This document shows positions 1 to 13,368 of a stretch of DNA of 64,000 nucleotides, one piece after another; positions within the stretch are counted from its first letter, which is position 1, and each line of letters begins with the position of its first letter. A model generated the notes under the pieces. That model did not search any database. It worked only from the letters and a program-made list of their open reading frames with translations, and was not told the origin of the DNA. A program made the translations under genes and the position numbers. The stretch is from Antechinus flavipes (taxonomy: Eukaryota), in the NCBI RefSeq assembly GCF_016432865.1, contig NC_067399.1:158534001-158598000 (forward strand). The letters are read 5' to 3'.

Positions 1-780
1 AATAGGAAATATGAAAGCAACTACAAGCAAAGCAAGATGGCTAAGTGAAAAGTCAGACCTAAGTATAAACCCCTCCTATTATCACAAAACAGCAAGCAAT
101 AGTCCAAGGAGAGTAAAAGAATACTTGCAAATAGAAAAAAAAGATAGAAAAGACTACATCACAGAAAGGGCTATAAAGATAAATTGATAACAAAGAGGAA
201 AAACAATACAGAAAAGTACCTAATAGAATAAGAAAGGATAGCTACTCAGAAATTCCTGATGAAAGGGAAAATAAGCAATAGTTGTCTAAGACTTCTAGAA
301 AACACAATTACAGGCAACATGGTAAACTGGGCAAAAGCATAAAGGACATATGGAGAAAGATGCTATATGTGTTCAGAAAAAGAACTGATAAGTAGAAGTA
401 TGTACAGAATAATTTTACACATATATACCTATCTGTGTCTATTGACAGCCATCTCTAGAGTCAGAGGGAAAGAAAAGAAATTTTCATGACAATGTATATT
501 TGAAAGGAATAGCAAGTTGTACATAGTAGATTTGCAGTTTCATATATACAATCATATTTTAAAATTACACTATATAGGGGCAGCTAGGTGGCACAGTAGA
601 TAGAGCACCAGCTCTGAAGTCAGGAAGACCTGAGTTCAAATCTGGTCTCAGATACTTAATACTTCCTAGGAGTGTGCTCCTGGGCAAGTCACTTAACCCC
701 AATTGCCTCAGCAAAAAAAACAAATAAATACATTATACTATGTTATGAAAATGCTTGTTATTGAAAATAAATTAAAAAGA
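1..780 (+). mobile_element. Old marsupial L1 3' fragment, interrupted by a SINE
   Basis: Purine-rich; motifs such as agaaagatgctatatgtgttcagaaaaagaactgata and aatagcaagttgtacatagtagatttgcagtttcat resemble marsupial L1 3' UTRs; ends in aataaattaaaaaga. Confidence 0.55.
577..729 (+). mobile_element. tRNA-derived CORE-SINE, WSINE1-like, full length
   Basis: Starts ggggcagctaggtggcacagtagatagagcacc (Pol III A box), has B box gagttcaaatc, core ctgggcaagtcacttaacc and an A-rich tail. Confidence 0.9.
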
Positions 781-1289
781 ATTTTTTAGAAATGCATGAT
801 TTCAAGACTGCAATTGATTTTATACCTACAATTTATTTTTATATGTGATCATGTATAAAGAACTTAGTCTTTCTAATTTTTAAAAATTCATTACATTATC
901 TTTACAATACTATTTATCTAATTTATCTAATACTGCTAGAAACAACACCATCAGGTATTATTCATGGAGAAAATGTACTGGTTTTGGGGAACAAAAGGGA
1001 TACAAATGTATTTCTTTATCAGAGAGATCTGATTACATATCTTAGAAAGTCATTTTTGTTATTTTTGGTTTGTATATAATAACACAATTTAGTTAAGTTA
1101 CAGTTTTGGCTGAAGACGTATGAACCATTCAATGGTTAGCACAAATCTGGACATGGTCTTGTATTCAGCTCCCTGGGTATTAACTCAGCAGTACATTAAG
1201 AGGTTTTCTTTTTATTTTTTAAAGATAGAAAACAGTGGTAAATCTAATATATCTATCATAAGGCAGATTGATAGTGTATTAGAAAATAA

Positions 1290-1470
1290 CATAGTGATTT
1301 TGTATGCTACTGAACACCAATGCAATAATATCTTGACAATATTGTCTAAGAGGAAGGTCTCTAGTGGAGGCCCCCAGAAATCTGTCTTTGTTCCTGTACC
1401 ATTCAATAGTTTTATCAGTGTTTTGGATAGAGGTATAGATATAATTGCCAAATCTACAAATGCATGGATC
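1290..1470 (+). mobile_element. L3/CR1 LINE reverse-transcriptase remnant
   Basis: Translation KVSSGGPQKSVFVPVPFNSFISVLDRGID matches the CR1 RT motif [26 protein letters not shown]. Confidence 0.75.
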
Positions 1471-1480
1471 TGTTGGAGGG

Positions 1481-1529
1481 GAAGAGAGAGAGAGAGAGAG
1501 AGACAGAGAGAGACAGAGAGAGAGAGAGA
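1481..1529. repeat. (AG)n/(AGAC) microsatellite
   Basis: Direct reading. Confidence 0.95.
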
Positions 1530-1739
1530 ACCTCACTTCATATTCAACAGAGTTCACATTCAAATAAATATGAAAATGCTAGATTGATAAGGATATATAA
1601 TTTTACATTTGGATTCTCTTCCTACCTACTACCCATCTGACTTTGCATTCTGTCTCCTTTACTAGATTTTCTTCTATGTAGTGCTCACTAACTATGGGTG
1701 TCCCCCAAATGCTTGTTGATTGATTGATTCTATTCTGAG

Positions 1740-2330
1740 ACCTCTTCTGCATATTCTCTTGGTGATCTCAATAGATGTCATTCAAGTAATTCTATGCAAA
1801 TAATCTCAGAGATATATATTCAGGCTTAGCCTCTCTTATGAGATCCAATTCCACCAACTATCTACTGATCATTTCAAACTGTATGTCCTGTAGATATCTT
1901 AAACTCATTATGTACAAAAGAACATTATCTTCCCCCAAAAAAACCTAGTCTTCTTAATACTACTCTACTATTGCTAAGGGAACCATCATCCTTCCAGTCA
2001 TAGTTGATTCCTTAGTTTTGTTCAGTCGAAATATTCCAAACTGTTACTATATCTTGCAATTTCTTCCTTTACTCTTTTCTCTCTAGTCACACAGCTGCTA
2101 TTCTATGTCTTCATCACTCCTTGCCCAAACTATTGCAATAGACTCTTAATTGAAACTACTAGCTTTAAGTGTCTCCCCACTCCAATCCAACCCCCATACA
2201 ATTGCCAATAAAATAAAATTAAAATTTAGCCATATTATTGGCTTCTTCTTCCTGTATACCAAGTATAAATTATCCTTTTGGTATGTGATAAGGGATATCC
2301 GGTATAATCCGATCCCTTCATCTCTTCCAT
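1740..2330 (+). mobile_element. L2 LINE fragment (RT region to 3' part)
   Basis: Degenerate match to the L2 ORF2 region (ctcttggtgatctca...ctatgcaaataatctcag...cttaaactcattatgtacaaaagaacattatcttcccc). Confidence 0.7.
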
Positions 2331-2889
2331 TCTTCTTATATATTTTTCCCATGTAAACAAAGGCTATTCTTACCTACTTCACATTCCTCTCATAATGGAG
2401 TGGAAAAGCAGATCTCACATCTATTCCTAAATCAAAACTGAGCCTTTCTTTCCTCTGATGTGTTTTCTACTCTTTCTGGACTTGAAATTGAAGAAAGAAA
2501 ATAAAGTCTGCACTACTATAAATGATCAATCAAAAACCCTAATCCTATTTCTGTGAAGTTTGGGCCCAATAATTATAGTCAAGATATGGTTCACTTCACA
2601 GTATTTATTTCTGCATGATTTTCCCTCAAGTTCCAATACAAGTCCTGGGAAGATGGGTCAAACTACATAGAAACATTTCAGAATAGAATTTACAAAGAAC
2701 AGAGAGTCTCAGTAGCAAGAATCAAGCATTTTGTTGGGGGTTCTACTTGTCTTTATTTTCAGGGACAAGGGAAGGGCAGAAAGCTCTTTCATGTATGGTA
2801 AAGACATTACAGAAAAATCCTTCAAGTACTATTCATTCAAAATGCAAACAGCATCATCACAAAGCTTTCATTCATTGCCTACATGAACA

Positions 2890-3490
2890 AGAGACTGCCT
2901 GGTGTAAGGGACAGTGAGCTGGATGGAGGCAGAAAAATCTAGGTTTAAATCCCACCTCTGACACTAAACCATATGACCAAGGATAAGGCTCATAAGCTCT
3001 TCTGAATCTAAGTTTCCGTATCCATAAAATATTAATAGAGTTTATGACACAGAGTCGTTGTGGGGCTCAGATGCTGCTTTATAAATTTTAAAGCACTACA
3101 TGTCTGTCACATAATTATTATGGCATAAGGTGAAGAGGTACAGAAAGAAGTAATTTTCTATATTCAACTGAGTAATAGGTTAAAAATTCTCATTGTGTTT
3201 ATAAACTATAAAAACATAGATTTTTGGAGTGGGAAGAATCCTTAGAGACTATTTGGAACTCCAGATTCAGAGTTCTAATGCATCTTAGTTACTGATCCCC
3301 TTTCCTAGTAATTAATTATAAGCAACACTATATTATCCTCAATTCAGAAGCCCTGGAGATGAATCTTATCTTTCTCATTTGTTAGTAGTGTGAAATTGGG
3401 CAAATTCCCTTCCATCTTTGAGCTCAGCTTCTTCATCTGTAAAACGAGGTCAGCAGACTAGATAAACTCTTAACATTCCTTTTAGCCCTA
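2890..3490 (+). mobile_element. MIR/MIR3 CORE-SINE fragments (about 2890-3120 and 3345-3490)
   Basis: Core motifs ggtttaaatcccacctctgacact and ctcagcttcttcatctgtaaaa; L3-like tail gactagataaactct. Confidence 0.65.
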
Positions 3491-3651
3491 GTATATAGTT
3501 ATATTACTATGTACCTAAAAAACAAAACAAATCACCTTCGTGGCTCCTCATTACCCAGCAAATAAAGATTGTGCTCTGTATCTGAAATTCAAGGCCCTAT
3601 ATTTTCAGTCTCATCACACTAGGATCCCACACATATTTTTATGTTCTTGGC

Positions 3652-3894
3652 CAATGGTTCTCAAAATATAGACTGAAATTCAGTCTTCAAAAACCTTTCA
3701 AGGGTACTTAAGGCCAAAACCATTGTCATAATAATACTAAAACATTTTAATTTCTAACATGGTAAATATTGACATATATCCCATAGAAATAAAAGCTCTT
3801 GTGGGGGAAGCTCCTCAAAATTTTTAAGAGTGTAGAGGATCTTTTTAAAAAAATTTTTAAAGGAGTCTTAATATAAGAAAGTTAGAGAGTTGCT
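3652..3894. mobile_element. Old non-autonomous hAT-Charlie (MER5/MER33-like) DNA transposon
   Basis: Left end caatggttctcaaa resembles the CAGTGGTTCTCAAA terminal inverted repeat; right end degenerate. Confidence 0.55.
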
Positions 3895-4499
3895 ACTCTA
3901 GTAAAACTGTATTACCCTTATTAGTTTCTCAAACCAGAACTATACTTTCATACTCCTATGTCCTTGTTCCCATTGTTTTTACATATGGAATTCCCTTCTC
4001 TCCCTTTTATCTCTCTAATTATGCCTGTTGACATCTTTTCCTTCAACCCAATGGAAAGACCCAAGAGTTTTCCTGTCAACTTCTAAAACAACCACAGAAT
4101 TTTAGAGTTAAAGAATCCAATTTGGTTCAGTTCAATCAAACTCAACAAACATGTATGAATTGCACTATGTACAAGACCCTGGGGATACAAAGAAAAACAA
4201 GAAGAGTCCTAAGAGTGCTAGATTTGAAACCAGAGGTCCTAAGTTCAAATTTCTACTAGTTTGGTTAAACTTTCTAGACCTCAGCTTTCTAATTTGTAAA
4301 ATAAAGGGTTGAACCAGACACTCTCAAGTCCTTTCAAGTTCATAATCTATGACTTTATGATCCCTTTCAACTCTAAATCTATGATCTCATGATCAAGGGG
4401 CTTAAGTTCTTCTGAAGGACTTCAGAGATCATTTTTTTTTTCCCAGTCCTCTATATAGCAAAGAAAAAACTAAGGCCAAAAGAGTTTTAAAATCAACAT

Positions 4500-5100
4500 G
4501 CCTTAAATAGGATATATTTTCTTTCCCTCAAATATGTTTCTCTTTTGAATTACCCCATCCCTATAGAAGGTATCACTAGCCTTCAGTTACACAGAAACCT
4601 TAGCATTATCTGTAAACTCCTCTTTCTCATTAACCTATATTATGCATCCAATAAATAATCTATATAACCTATATTATATATCCAATCAGTTGCCAAATCT
4701 CTACTTTCTACCATTTCCCATCTATCCCCTGTTTTCTACATACAGGTATCGGTATAATTCAGATCCTCACCATCTCTTCACCTGAACTACTATGTCAGGC
4801 TCATTGTTCTTCCTGTCTCAAGTCTCTCCCCACTGCAATCCACCCTTCATATAATTGCCAAAGTGATGTTCATCAAGTACAAGTCTGAGCAGGTCACCCA
4901 GTCAATGTCAGTGATTCTAACTACAAGGTTAGAATCAAATATAAAACCCTTTCTTTGACTTTTAAAGCCCTTCACCACCGGCTTCCAACCCATCTTCCCA
5001 TTCTTGGGGAATGTTAATCTTCTTCCTGTATAAAGTGGCCTTTGCCATTCTGGAATGTTGAGTGACATTCCATCTCCCCTCTCCATACTTTTTAAGTGGC
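4500..5100 (+). mobile_element. L2 LINE fragment
   Basis: Typical L2 3' region: ctccccactgcaatccacccttcatataattgccaaagtgatgttc...gaatcaaatataaaaccc. Confidence 0.7.
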
Positions 5101-5479
5101 TAAGAATTAGCTACTCTGAGCTTAGAATGCAACCCCTCCTTCCCTCTGATTCTTAGAATACTTTGTTTCCTTCAAAATTAGCTCATAGGCCACATTTTAC
5201 ATGAAGGTTTTCCTTTTCCTCTCCCTTTCATTTCTAGACTCCTCCCTATCTCAAGTTGCCATTTAAAAAAAAAAAAAAAAACCTCTCCATCAGCATGGAG
5301 AACTCAACACAGATCAGTATTTTTTTGGTGACTTAACAATTTTAGAATATTACATGGGGCACTAAGATGTTAAGTGAATGCTTTAGGGGTCACATAACAA
5401 TGTGTGTCAATGGAGACTTGAACCTAAATTTTTCTTACTCCCCAGACTGCTCCCTAGTCACTTGGCCATGCTACTTCTC

Positions 5480-6085
5480 ATATTTATTTTGTATGTTTTC
5501 AAAAACTTTTATTTGCACAATCTTCTACCCTGATAGAAAATAAGCTCCGGGAGGGGAGGATTGTTTATGCTTGTATCCCCAGCACCTAGCACAGTGCCTG
5601 ACAGATGATTGGAACTTAGTAAGTGCTTGCTGACTGATGGCTATTTTTGAGAGAACTTCCCTACGTCATGCAAGCAGTTAGTGGCGGATCTAGGAGCAGA
5701 GTCCACATCTCTGATCCCCAGACTAGTGTTCTTTATACTATACTTTCTCTATCCTCCAGGTAACAATAAAAAGCATGGTATAAGGTAGAAACTCACTAAA
5801 CATTTGTCAACTTCACTAAGTTACCCGGCATACTGAATAATAGCTCTACTGAAGTCCTAACTCCAATGCCTCCTTGTGTCTGGGATCTGGAAAGTTATGC
5901 AAAATAAGCACAAAGAAAGACTTCCAATCACAGTCTAATAACATTCTACATCGGAATGAGTCAACACACATTTATTATGTGCCTACTATGTGCCAGACAT
6001 CATACTAAGCACTGGGGATACAAAGAAAAGCAAGACAATTCCTGTACTCAGAGCTCACAATTCAACAGAGGAGACAACATTCAAA
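5480..6085. mobile_element. Two L2 3' ends in opposite orientation (about 5480-5640 on +, 5958-6085 on -)
   Basis: ttgtatccccagcacctagcacagtgcctg (plus) and catttattatgtgcctactatgtgccagac (minus). Confidence 0.7.
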
Positions 6086-6122
6086 AACTGCGTACAGACA
6101 AGATGTATCCTATATACAGGAT

Positions 6123-6300
6123 GCTGTTGTTTGTCCTTCATCCTGGAGGAGCACTATGACATCAGGGAGGTGATGCTAGGACATGTAAGTGAGCTGGATT
6201 TAACTAAGGGAGGGCTGTGCAAAGTCACCAGCATCATTCCCCTCCAAAGCCATCTGGGTCAGGGGAAGACACACATCAGGAAGACAGAAGATGGCGCAGG
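6123..6300 (-). mobile_element. RTE-related marsupial SINE or RTE 3' fragment
   Basis: tgttgtttgtccttcatcctggaggagcactatgacatcagggaggtgatg...ggctgtgcaaagtcaccagc resembles a common marsupial RTE-tail repeat read on the minus strand. Confidence 0.65.
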
Positions 6301-7149
6301 ATAAGTTGAAAATTGTCAACAGCGAGAAGGCGCTAGCTAGATTTAAGGGGATTAGGAAAAGTTTCCTGTAGAACAGAGGAGTCAGACACTTAGCCCAAGA
6401 ACTCCTGAATGCATCCTGAACTAGATTAAAATGTAGTGCTATCTGATTGCAATGTGTTGATGTGTTAATAAAAAAAGAAATGCATAAATATGTGTGGTTT
6501 TCTGAGTTAATAAATATGCATCCTATAGGAATTCTTATGTACAGTTCAGTGGCTCTAGTTTCTTTTTCAGCTTAAACAACGTTGTTGCAGTGAGTGGGAG
6601 TTGAGCTGAGAACAGAATGAAACTAGGAAAGCCTTGGGGCAGCTGTCATTTGAAGATAAGACAAAATTTGGATATAGTATATCAGGTGATCAATTTTTTT
6701 CTGCTAAAAGAACTCATGAAACTATTTCCTATGGGAAAGAAGGGCTATAATTTGGGTTGGTGGAGAGAGGAAACATCAATTAAACAACTGATCCTTGAAG
6801 AATTGTCAAGTGAGTCAATAATAGCTCTCTTATTGAATTGGTGAGAAGTGGTGGGGATGGAGAGGTGGGAGGGATTTCTTTGCATCTGGGAGCTCTTTCC
6901 AGCCATGTACCAGATACTGCAAAGAATGGCAGGGGTCCCCAGAGTCTTCTGGGCCTTTTTGTGAAGTGGAAAGGGGAGGACACTGGTAACTTAGTATCAA
7001 TGAATTGAACAGGTAACTTGCTTCATAGTCTTGGATTGAGAACAGGTTGATTTAACCTCACAAGGAACACAAAGGAATATTCTCTGGGATTTTCTTTATT
7101 AGAAGGATATTGATTAGAAGAGTTAACAGAGGGGACACTATATTTTTAT

Positions 7150-7375
7150 GTTTTTCCCTTTAAATACTATTTTAGTTTTCTACTTACATGTAAAGAAAAA
7201 TTTTAACATTTTTCATATAAAATTTTAAGTTTCAAATTTTCTTCCTCCTTTCCTCTCCTTTCATTTTCTCCTTCCTTTCCCCCTTCTTTAAATAGTAAGC
7301 AATTTGAATTAGATTATATAGGTAAAATCATGTAAAACACATTTCCATATTAATCATGTTGGAAGAAGAAGAGAT
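7150..7375 (-). mobile_element. L1 3' end fragment
   Basis: T-rich start, acttacatgtaaagaaaaattttaacatt, gtaagcaatttgaattagattata: reverse of a marsupial L1 tail. Confidence 0.7.
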
Positions 7376-7979
7376 TCAACTCCAGGAACTTGCTTAAAAA
7401 ATGTGGTAAGCGCTTAAGTATCCAACATATATCTAAAAGTGTGTCTAGCAGCACAAAGGAGCCCATAATCCATTTGAGGCAAAACCACTTTCTATATAGT
7501 AATCCATATGGAATCTTTTCGATAGATTATAACAGAACCTGATACAATGTGCTGGACATGAGTAATTTAGTTCTTTCCTAAATAAAGCAGATAGGTATAG
7601 TCCTGGGACTATACCTAAATTCAAACCCTATCTCAGAAATTTACCTAGTTTAGCCACATGATCCTAGACCATCAAGATTGCAATCTAAAATAGAAGATAA
7701 TCCACAAAAGAAGGTAGGAAAGGAAAGTGAGGGTGGGACATCAGGAGGCATCTTGTTTTTTAAAGATGAAACCAGGCAGATCAGCAGATGCAAAGGGGAG
7801 TAAGCTGAGAGTCCAGTTTCTGTCCTCTATAAATGACATATTTAATCTCTCTCAACCTCAGCTTACTCATTTGTAAAATGAATTAGATTGAATGACCTAT
7901 TCTAAATCTACATTTTTATCATCTATTATCAAAAAAATTCAGTGTGGATCAAAGCATAATACCTTTTTATGTTACTTGC

Positions 7980-8230
7980 TTGTTTTTTCCCTTTCATTGT
8001 CCTCCCCCCCCCATTTGTTCTGATTTTTCTTGCATAATATGACAAATACAGAAATATATTTAAAAGAATTGCACATATTTAACCTAAATCAGATTTCTTG
8101 CTATCTTGGGAATGGGGGCAGTAAGGGAAAGAGGGAAAAAACTTGTAACGTAAAGTTTTACAAAAATGAATGTGGAAAACTATCTTTACATGTATTTGGA
8201 AAAATAAAATATTATTGGAAAATTTTTTAA
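7980..8230 (+). mobile_element. L1 3' end fragment
   Basis: gcataatatgacaaatacagaaatatatttaaaagaattgcacatatttaacc, G-rich tract, then aaaataaaat. Confidence 0.75.
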
Positions 8231-9289
8231 AACATCATTCAGGAAAGACTGAGACAGAACAATTGGAATATACTAATAAATTCTGCATAGAAGGAAAATT
8301 CAACTGATAGGGGCCAAATGTCAATATTAAACCTGTAGAATCTTGCCAAATTTTTGCTAATAACTTTCTTTAACTCAGCATACTTAATAAACTATGTTCT
8401 ATAGAACCTTAGGGTTCTAAGAAATGGTAATAGGATTCTTTGAGAATATTTTAATGTTAATGATATTTTTTTCTCTCAAAATACCTAATATGTACCATAA
8501 ATTTGGGCCATAAAACAGGCCTAATTTGCTCCATTTGCACCACCATTTCCCCAATCCTTGCTCCCAATATCTATTTTCTCCAATTGCTCAAAACCCCTAA
8601 GCCCCACAGGCAGCGCTAATAGGTCCTATCAATATACTGCAAATCCCAAAGTACTCAATGACTAAATTGGTTCAGAAAATATTGCTTTAATCAATTCTTT
8701 CATTTCTGCTTTGTTCATTTCCTCTTTATTCCTTTTAGGGCCAGAATCACAATTCAGGAAGCCTCATATTTATCTTGTCTCCTCTTTGAGATCAAATATT
8801 GTTTTTGTCTTTTTTTGGTATCCCCAGCATAGTGTCTGGTACATAATAAGTGTTTGATAAATGCTTATTTTTAAATGACTGTGAGCAAAAGCAAACAGTT
8901 GGTTATTGAGAAGAAAAGATAGAGATGTGGAGTGGATCTAGCACAAAACAGCTCATACTTTTTACTGCCTTTCAACCCTTTGTTCATTTGATGTTGCCTA
9001 ATAAAAACCTATAAATTTTTACCTTTCTCATTCACTCCAAAACTCCACAGATTTCCAACACTGAGGGCAATAATGTAAGTACAATATCACCAATACACCT
9101 TTTACACAGGAAAAATGATAAATTATTTATTGAAAGCATAAAATCATTACTTAGAATAATAATCTCATCTTTATATTTAAATCCCAAGTACCAAAATGCT
9201 TATTTCTATGCTGAAGATAACATAATAATAATTTGGCATTCAAAGCCCCACACAATTTGGGGCCAACTGGCCTTTTTAGTCATTTATTC

Positions 9290-9470
9290 CAGTAAATCAT
9301 AAAGTCTAAACATTTTTGGCATCAAAGACTCTTTTGGAAACCTTATGAAGTCTCTTAGAATAATAGTATTTTAATGCAGAAAATAAAATTCATAGTGTTG
9401 CAAAGGAAACCAATTATTGTTGAAGTAGTTTTAAAATGTTTTAAAGTTCACAGACCCCATTTTTAAACTT
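9290..9470. mobile_element. Old hAT-Charlie/MER5-like remnant
   Basis: Shares ttttaatgcagaaaataaaattcatag...aaggaaaccaattat with the copy at 13165-13368. Confidence 0.5.
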
Positions 9471-9585
9471 TCATTATAGTACTTGTATTAAAATTTGACA
9501 ATTAAGTATCCTTACCATTGCCTGAATATGTCTTACATCATCTTTGTGACTTTCATGTCTGAAATGTTTGTCTCACACTACCTCA

Positions 9586-9700
9586 ATTATATACATATGT
9601 GCATATATACACATATGTATATATTTGTGCATACATATGTGCGAATATATGCACATACATGTTATATGTAAGTATATACATGCATATATATACAGATAGC
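9586..9700. repeat. Low-complexity (TA/CA/TG) alternating purine-pyrimidine tract
   Basis: Direct reading. Confidence 0.85.
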
Positions 9701-12700
9701 CCTTTTACTTTATCCATCATGACTTCATTACATTGTGGGTTAAAATATAATTTAATGAAGTTAAATGGGAATTTGGGGGAGTTTTGAAGATGCTGCAAAA
9801 GACATGCAAAGGCCAGCAGATGACTCATTAAAAAAGTATTTTTACTTAACATTAATATATTTATAGTCTATGACTAAATATTTAATTTTATAATAAAATA
9901 CTACAAATGTCCCATAAAAGACTTTTTTCTCTAATATGAAGAGAAAGCCAAAAAGTTTTATGCGGATTTTCCAGATTCAGAGGGCACCCAACTCCTAACA
10001 CCTGCGATGTGGAAAGGATAATTATATAACCACATACACACACATATGTGTGTAGAAATCTGTCTACCTCTATATCTTGCCCATCTTCTAAAGCTCATTT
10101 CAAGTCTCACCCTTTTCACGAAGTCTTCCTGAGCAAAACTGGTTGTTTCTTCTTTTTAATGTCTAGAGTATATATATATATGTACCATAGTTTGCCTTCT
10201 ATTTTAGTTTTTTTTTTTTAATGAATTTTAATTCTCCTATGTGTTTAAAAGTTCCAGAAAAGCCAGGCCATTCTTTCTACTGCTTTGTATCACCAATACA
10301 TCTTGAATCACAAAAGAAATTATAAATTATTTATTAAAAGCACAAGTTCATTACTTAGAATGTCTAGTAATCTCTTACATCTTTATATTTAAATCCCAGG
10401 TACTAAATCATTATTTTCATACTGAAGATAACAACAACAATCAATATGGAAATGTTAGGTTTCTGTTATTTAAATTTCAGGAAAATCCATCAGGTATCCA
10501 ATTATACATAATACTTCATGGCCACGTAATTTAAGCATATAACATTCTTCAGAAGCTCTTGAGCTGCTCAAATTCATATGGTATTAGAAATATCTTTTAT
10601 AGTTAATCTTTCTAATCCTTTGGGATTCTGGTGTTGAAGTGAGGTAGACAGAAATTTAAACGAAGGTCCAGGAAAACTGTTTTTCTAATTCTGGGTTTAC
10701 TGGTGAGTAGGTAAACTTGACCACTAATTTCTCTAGACCTTAATGTCCTCCTCAGTGTATGAAGAATGATAACCCAGCTATTCCTCATCTTCTGTAGGAG
10801 AGGCATCCCTGAAAATTCATATAAAGACAATCTTTGAAATAAAAAAGATTTTTAGAAATTTGGCTATTTGAGAAAAGTTTGGGATGGGAGGCTTCATTTT
10901 TGCATACTGAATAATTATCACTTTCTATTTTGCAAATTCAAATTTAGGAATATGGAGTTTTCCTAAATCAGGACATATCTGTACTTAACAAATGAGATCA
11001 TATATTATGAAGACTCAAAACTAATTATTAAAACATTTCTGTCTCTTAAAGAGACAATGTTGGCAAAAAATAATGACTATCATTTATATTCTAATTTGCA
11101 CACATAATTTCTTTTGACTTCCCTTTTCAGCCAGTCTACAATATATTACTTTGCTTCACTCATATTTTGATCCAACCAAAATGGCTTTTTTATTCTCCTG
11201 TTCCTCACATGCATCATCCCATTTCTTCCCTTCTCCCTAACTTTGCACAGGTTAACTTTCTTGTCCAAAATACATTCCTTTTTTCACCTGTACCTCATGT
11301 AATTTTCTAGTTTTTTTGAAAATTCAGCTCAAACACCACTTCCTGCATGAGACCCTTTCTTACTAATTCCTTCCCTCACCCACCCAAATGACCTTGAATT
11401 TATTTTATATCTACTTATTGTGCACATGTTGTCTTTTCCTGCAGGGTGAAAGCAAGGTACATTTCATTTATGATTCTATATTTCTGGTGTTTCATGTAGA
11501 AAGTGATTGTTGCTTGATTAACTGCTTCTCACAAATGCTTGAAGAGATAGTCATTAAATGGGCAGATGGAGTGGGAACATTGTTCTAACTTCTTCAGTTC
11601 CTATATTCCCCAGCTCCCACATTCAAGTTGGGCTATTTTTTCTTTAAAAGATAGGAAGAATACCTTACTCATAGCTTAGTTGGCTCAGGAGAGTAAAGGA
11701 TGGTAATTTGCTCATCACCTAAGTATAAAGCAGCTAGGAAGAGCTCCAGTGACTTTCAGATACATGATTGGTGGAATACATGAGTAACTCTGATAGAGTT
11801 GGGTTTAGATTACCTCAATCAGCTTCAACTGTCTGTCTTCAGTGCCTATCTCCTACTGAATATACTCCTATTTTAATTAAGAAAATATTAATATGACTTT
11901 GTAAAGGTTGACATTCAGCTGGAATAAGTGACTGGAATAATTCACTTATTTTAGATAACCAATGCTACAGAGAAATTGAAAAAGGCTGTCAAAGTCCACT
12001 AAGATTTACATGCATGGAACTTGAAGATCTGAGGCTTCCCAGGCAAAAAAAGTAGGCTATAGTAGCCTTAATGATATAGATTCTTACTGGTAAATCCATT
12101 TTTTTATCCATTTGAAATGTTTAGGATAGAGTAAACATTTAAATGGCTTTCCATGTAAATCTGAGGGCATTTTTTTTCTTTCTGGTTTTTTTTTTTTCTG
12201 AAAACAAAATCAAAACATAAAAAAAAAAGTAGTTCATTTAGTTATTTAGTAAAAAATGTTAGTTGTTGGATGACCAAGGAGGGATTCATTTTGTTCTAAC
12301 ATCAAGTCCAAACTACTGAGGAACTGGCCTGAAAAAGAGACAACACTGAAGGCAATCTGAGCAGGAGAAATTTTGCAGGTTATCCATTCTAAATTCTCAC
12401 ATTGCCTTTACAATATATCTAAGAAAGAGTTATCTGGTTCTACTTGAACACTTAATAGGAAATTTGCTTCATAGCTGGAAGAAACACCAATCAAATCAAA
12501 AAACATTTATTAAGTGCTTATATTTCAGGACATGTACTATTCTAAGTACTAAGGATATAAAAGCAAGACACTCCATTCTCTCAAGGAGCTCACAGTCTAA
12601 TGAACCTCAGATGACAGGTTAAAGATGAGAAAACTGAAGATTACATTAAATGACTTAGCCCAGGTCATATAAAACACTAAAAGCTCATCGGGGCACTTTA

Positions 12701-12904
12701 CAGGTTTTTCCAAGTCTTTGGGAAATTTGACCTATACAGGAGAACAGGCAGTGTGGTATAATGGAAAGAGCAATAAACTGGCAACTCAGTGGACCCAGTA
12801 TTATCACTAACAAGATGTGACTAGAGGCCTTTAACTTCTAGGCTTCCAGTGTTATTGAACAAGAACAAGAGAATTTGTTAATAATTTGTTAATTAACTTA
12901 ACGA

Positions 12905-13056
12905 TGTGTGTGTGTGTATGGGCAAATACATTCATTGTATAAATGCATATATGCAGACATGTACACATATACATGTATATAGATCTATAGGTATATACAC
13001 AAACACATGTCTGTAAGCATACACAAATATATACAATATACATGTGTGTATATATA

Positions 13057-13087
<31 letters not shown>
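12905..13087. repeat. (TG)n and TA/CA-rich compound microsatellite
   Basis: Direct reading. Confidence 0.9.
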
Positions 13088-13164
13088 ATCGAAGGGATAA
13101 ATCCAACTTCCCTCATCCCCCGCCAAAAAAAAAATCTAAATTAATTCTAAGGAAAGATGTATTT

Positions 13165-13368
13165 ATAATGAAAGGATTTTTAAACTCTTCGACTATGGAC
13201 AGCTTTGGCAATCTTGTAAAAGCCATAGACCCCTTCTCAGAATGATGTTTTTTAACGCATAAAATAAAATATGTAGGATTACAAGGGAAACCAATTATCA
13301 TGATATATAGTTATCATTTAAGAAAAACACATTTAAGGACCTCAAGTTAAGAACTTCTGACTTAAAAA
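13165..13368. mobile_element. Old hAT-Charlie/MER5-like non-autonomous DNA transposon
   Basis: Ends aaggatttttaaact and agttaagaacttctg approximate CAGGGGTTCTTAACCT-type TIRs; internal catagaccccttctcagaat. Confidence 0.6.

Noticed and set aside
1120-1587. 155-aa ORF as a host gene
   Set aside because: Explained by a CR1/L3 RT remnant plus an (AG)n microsatellite (RERERE)
11814-11867. 54-nt minus-strand coding exon (EYIQ*EIGTEDRQLKLIE)
   Set aside because: Stops in all three frames and a weak acceptor; kept only as a possible non-coding exon
9583-13245. Short ORFs rich in Y/I/H/T/C/V (9583-9852, 12852-13245)
   Set aside because: Translations of TA/CA/TG microsatellites
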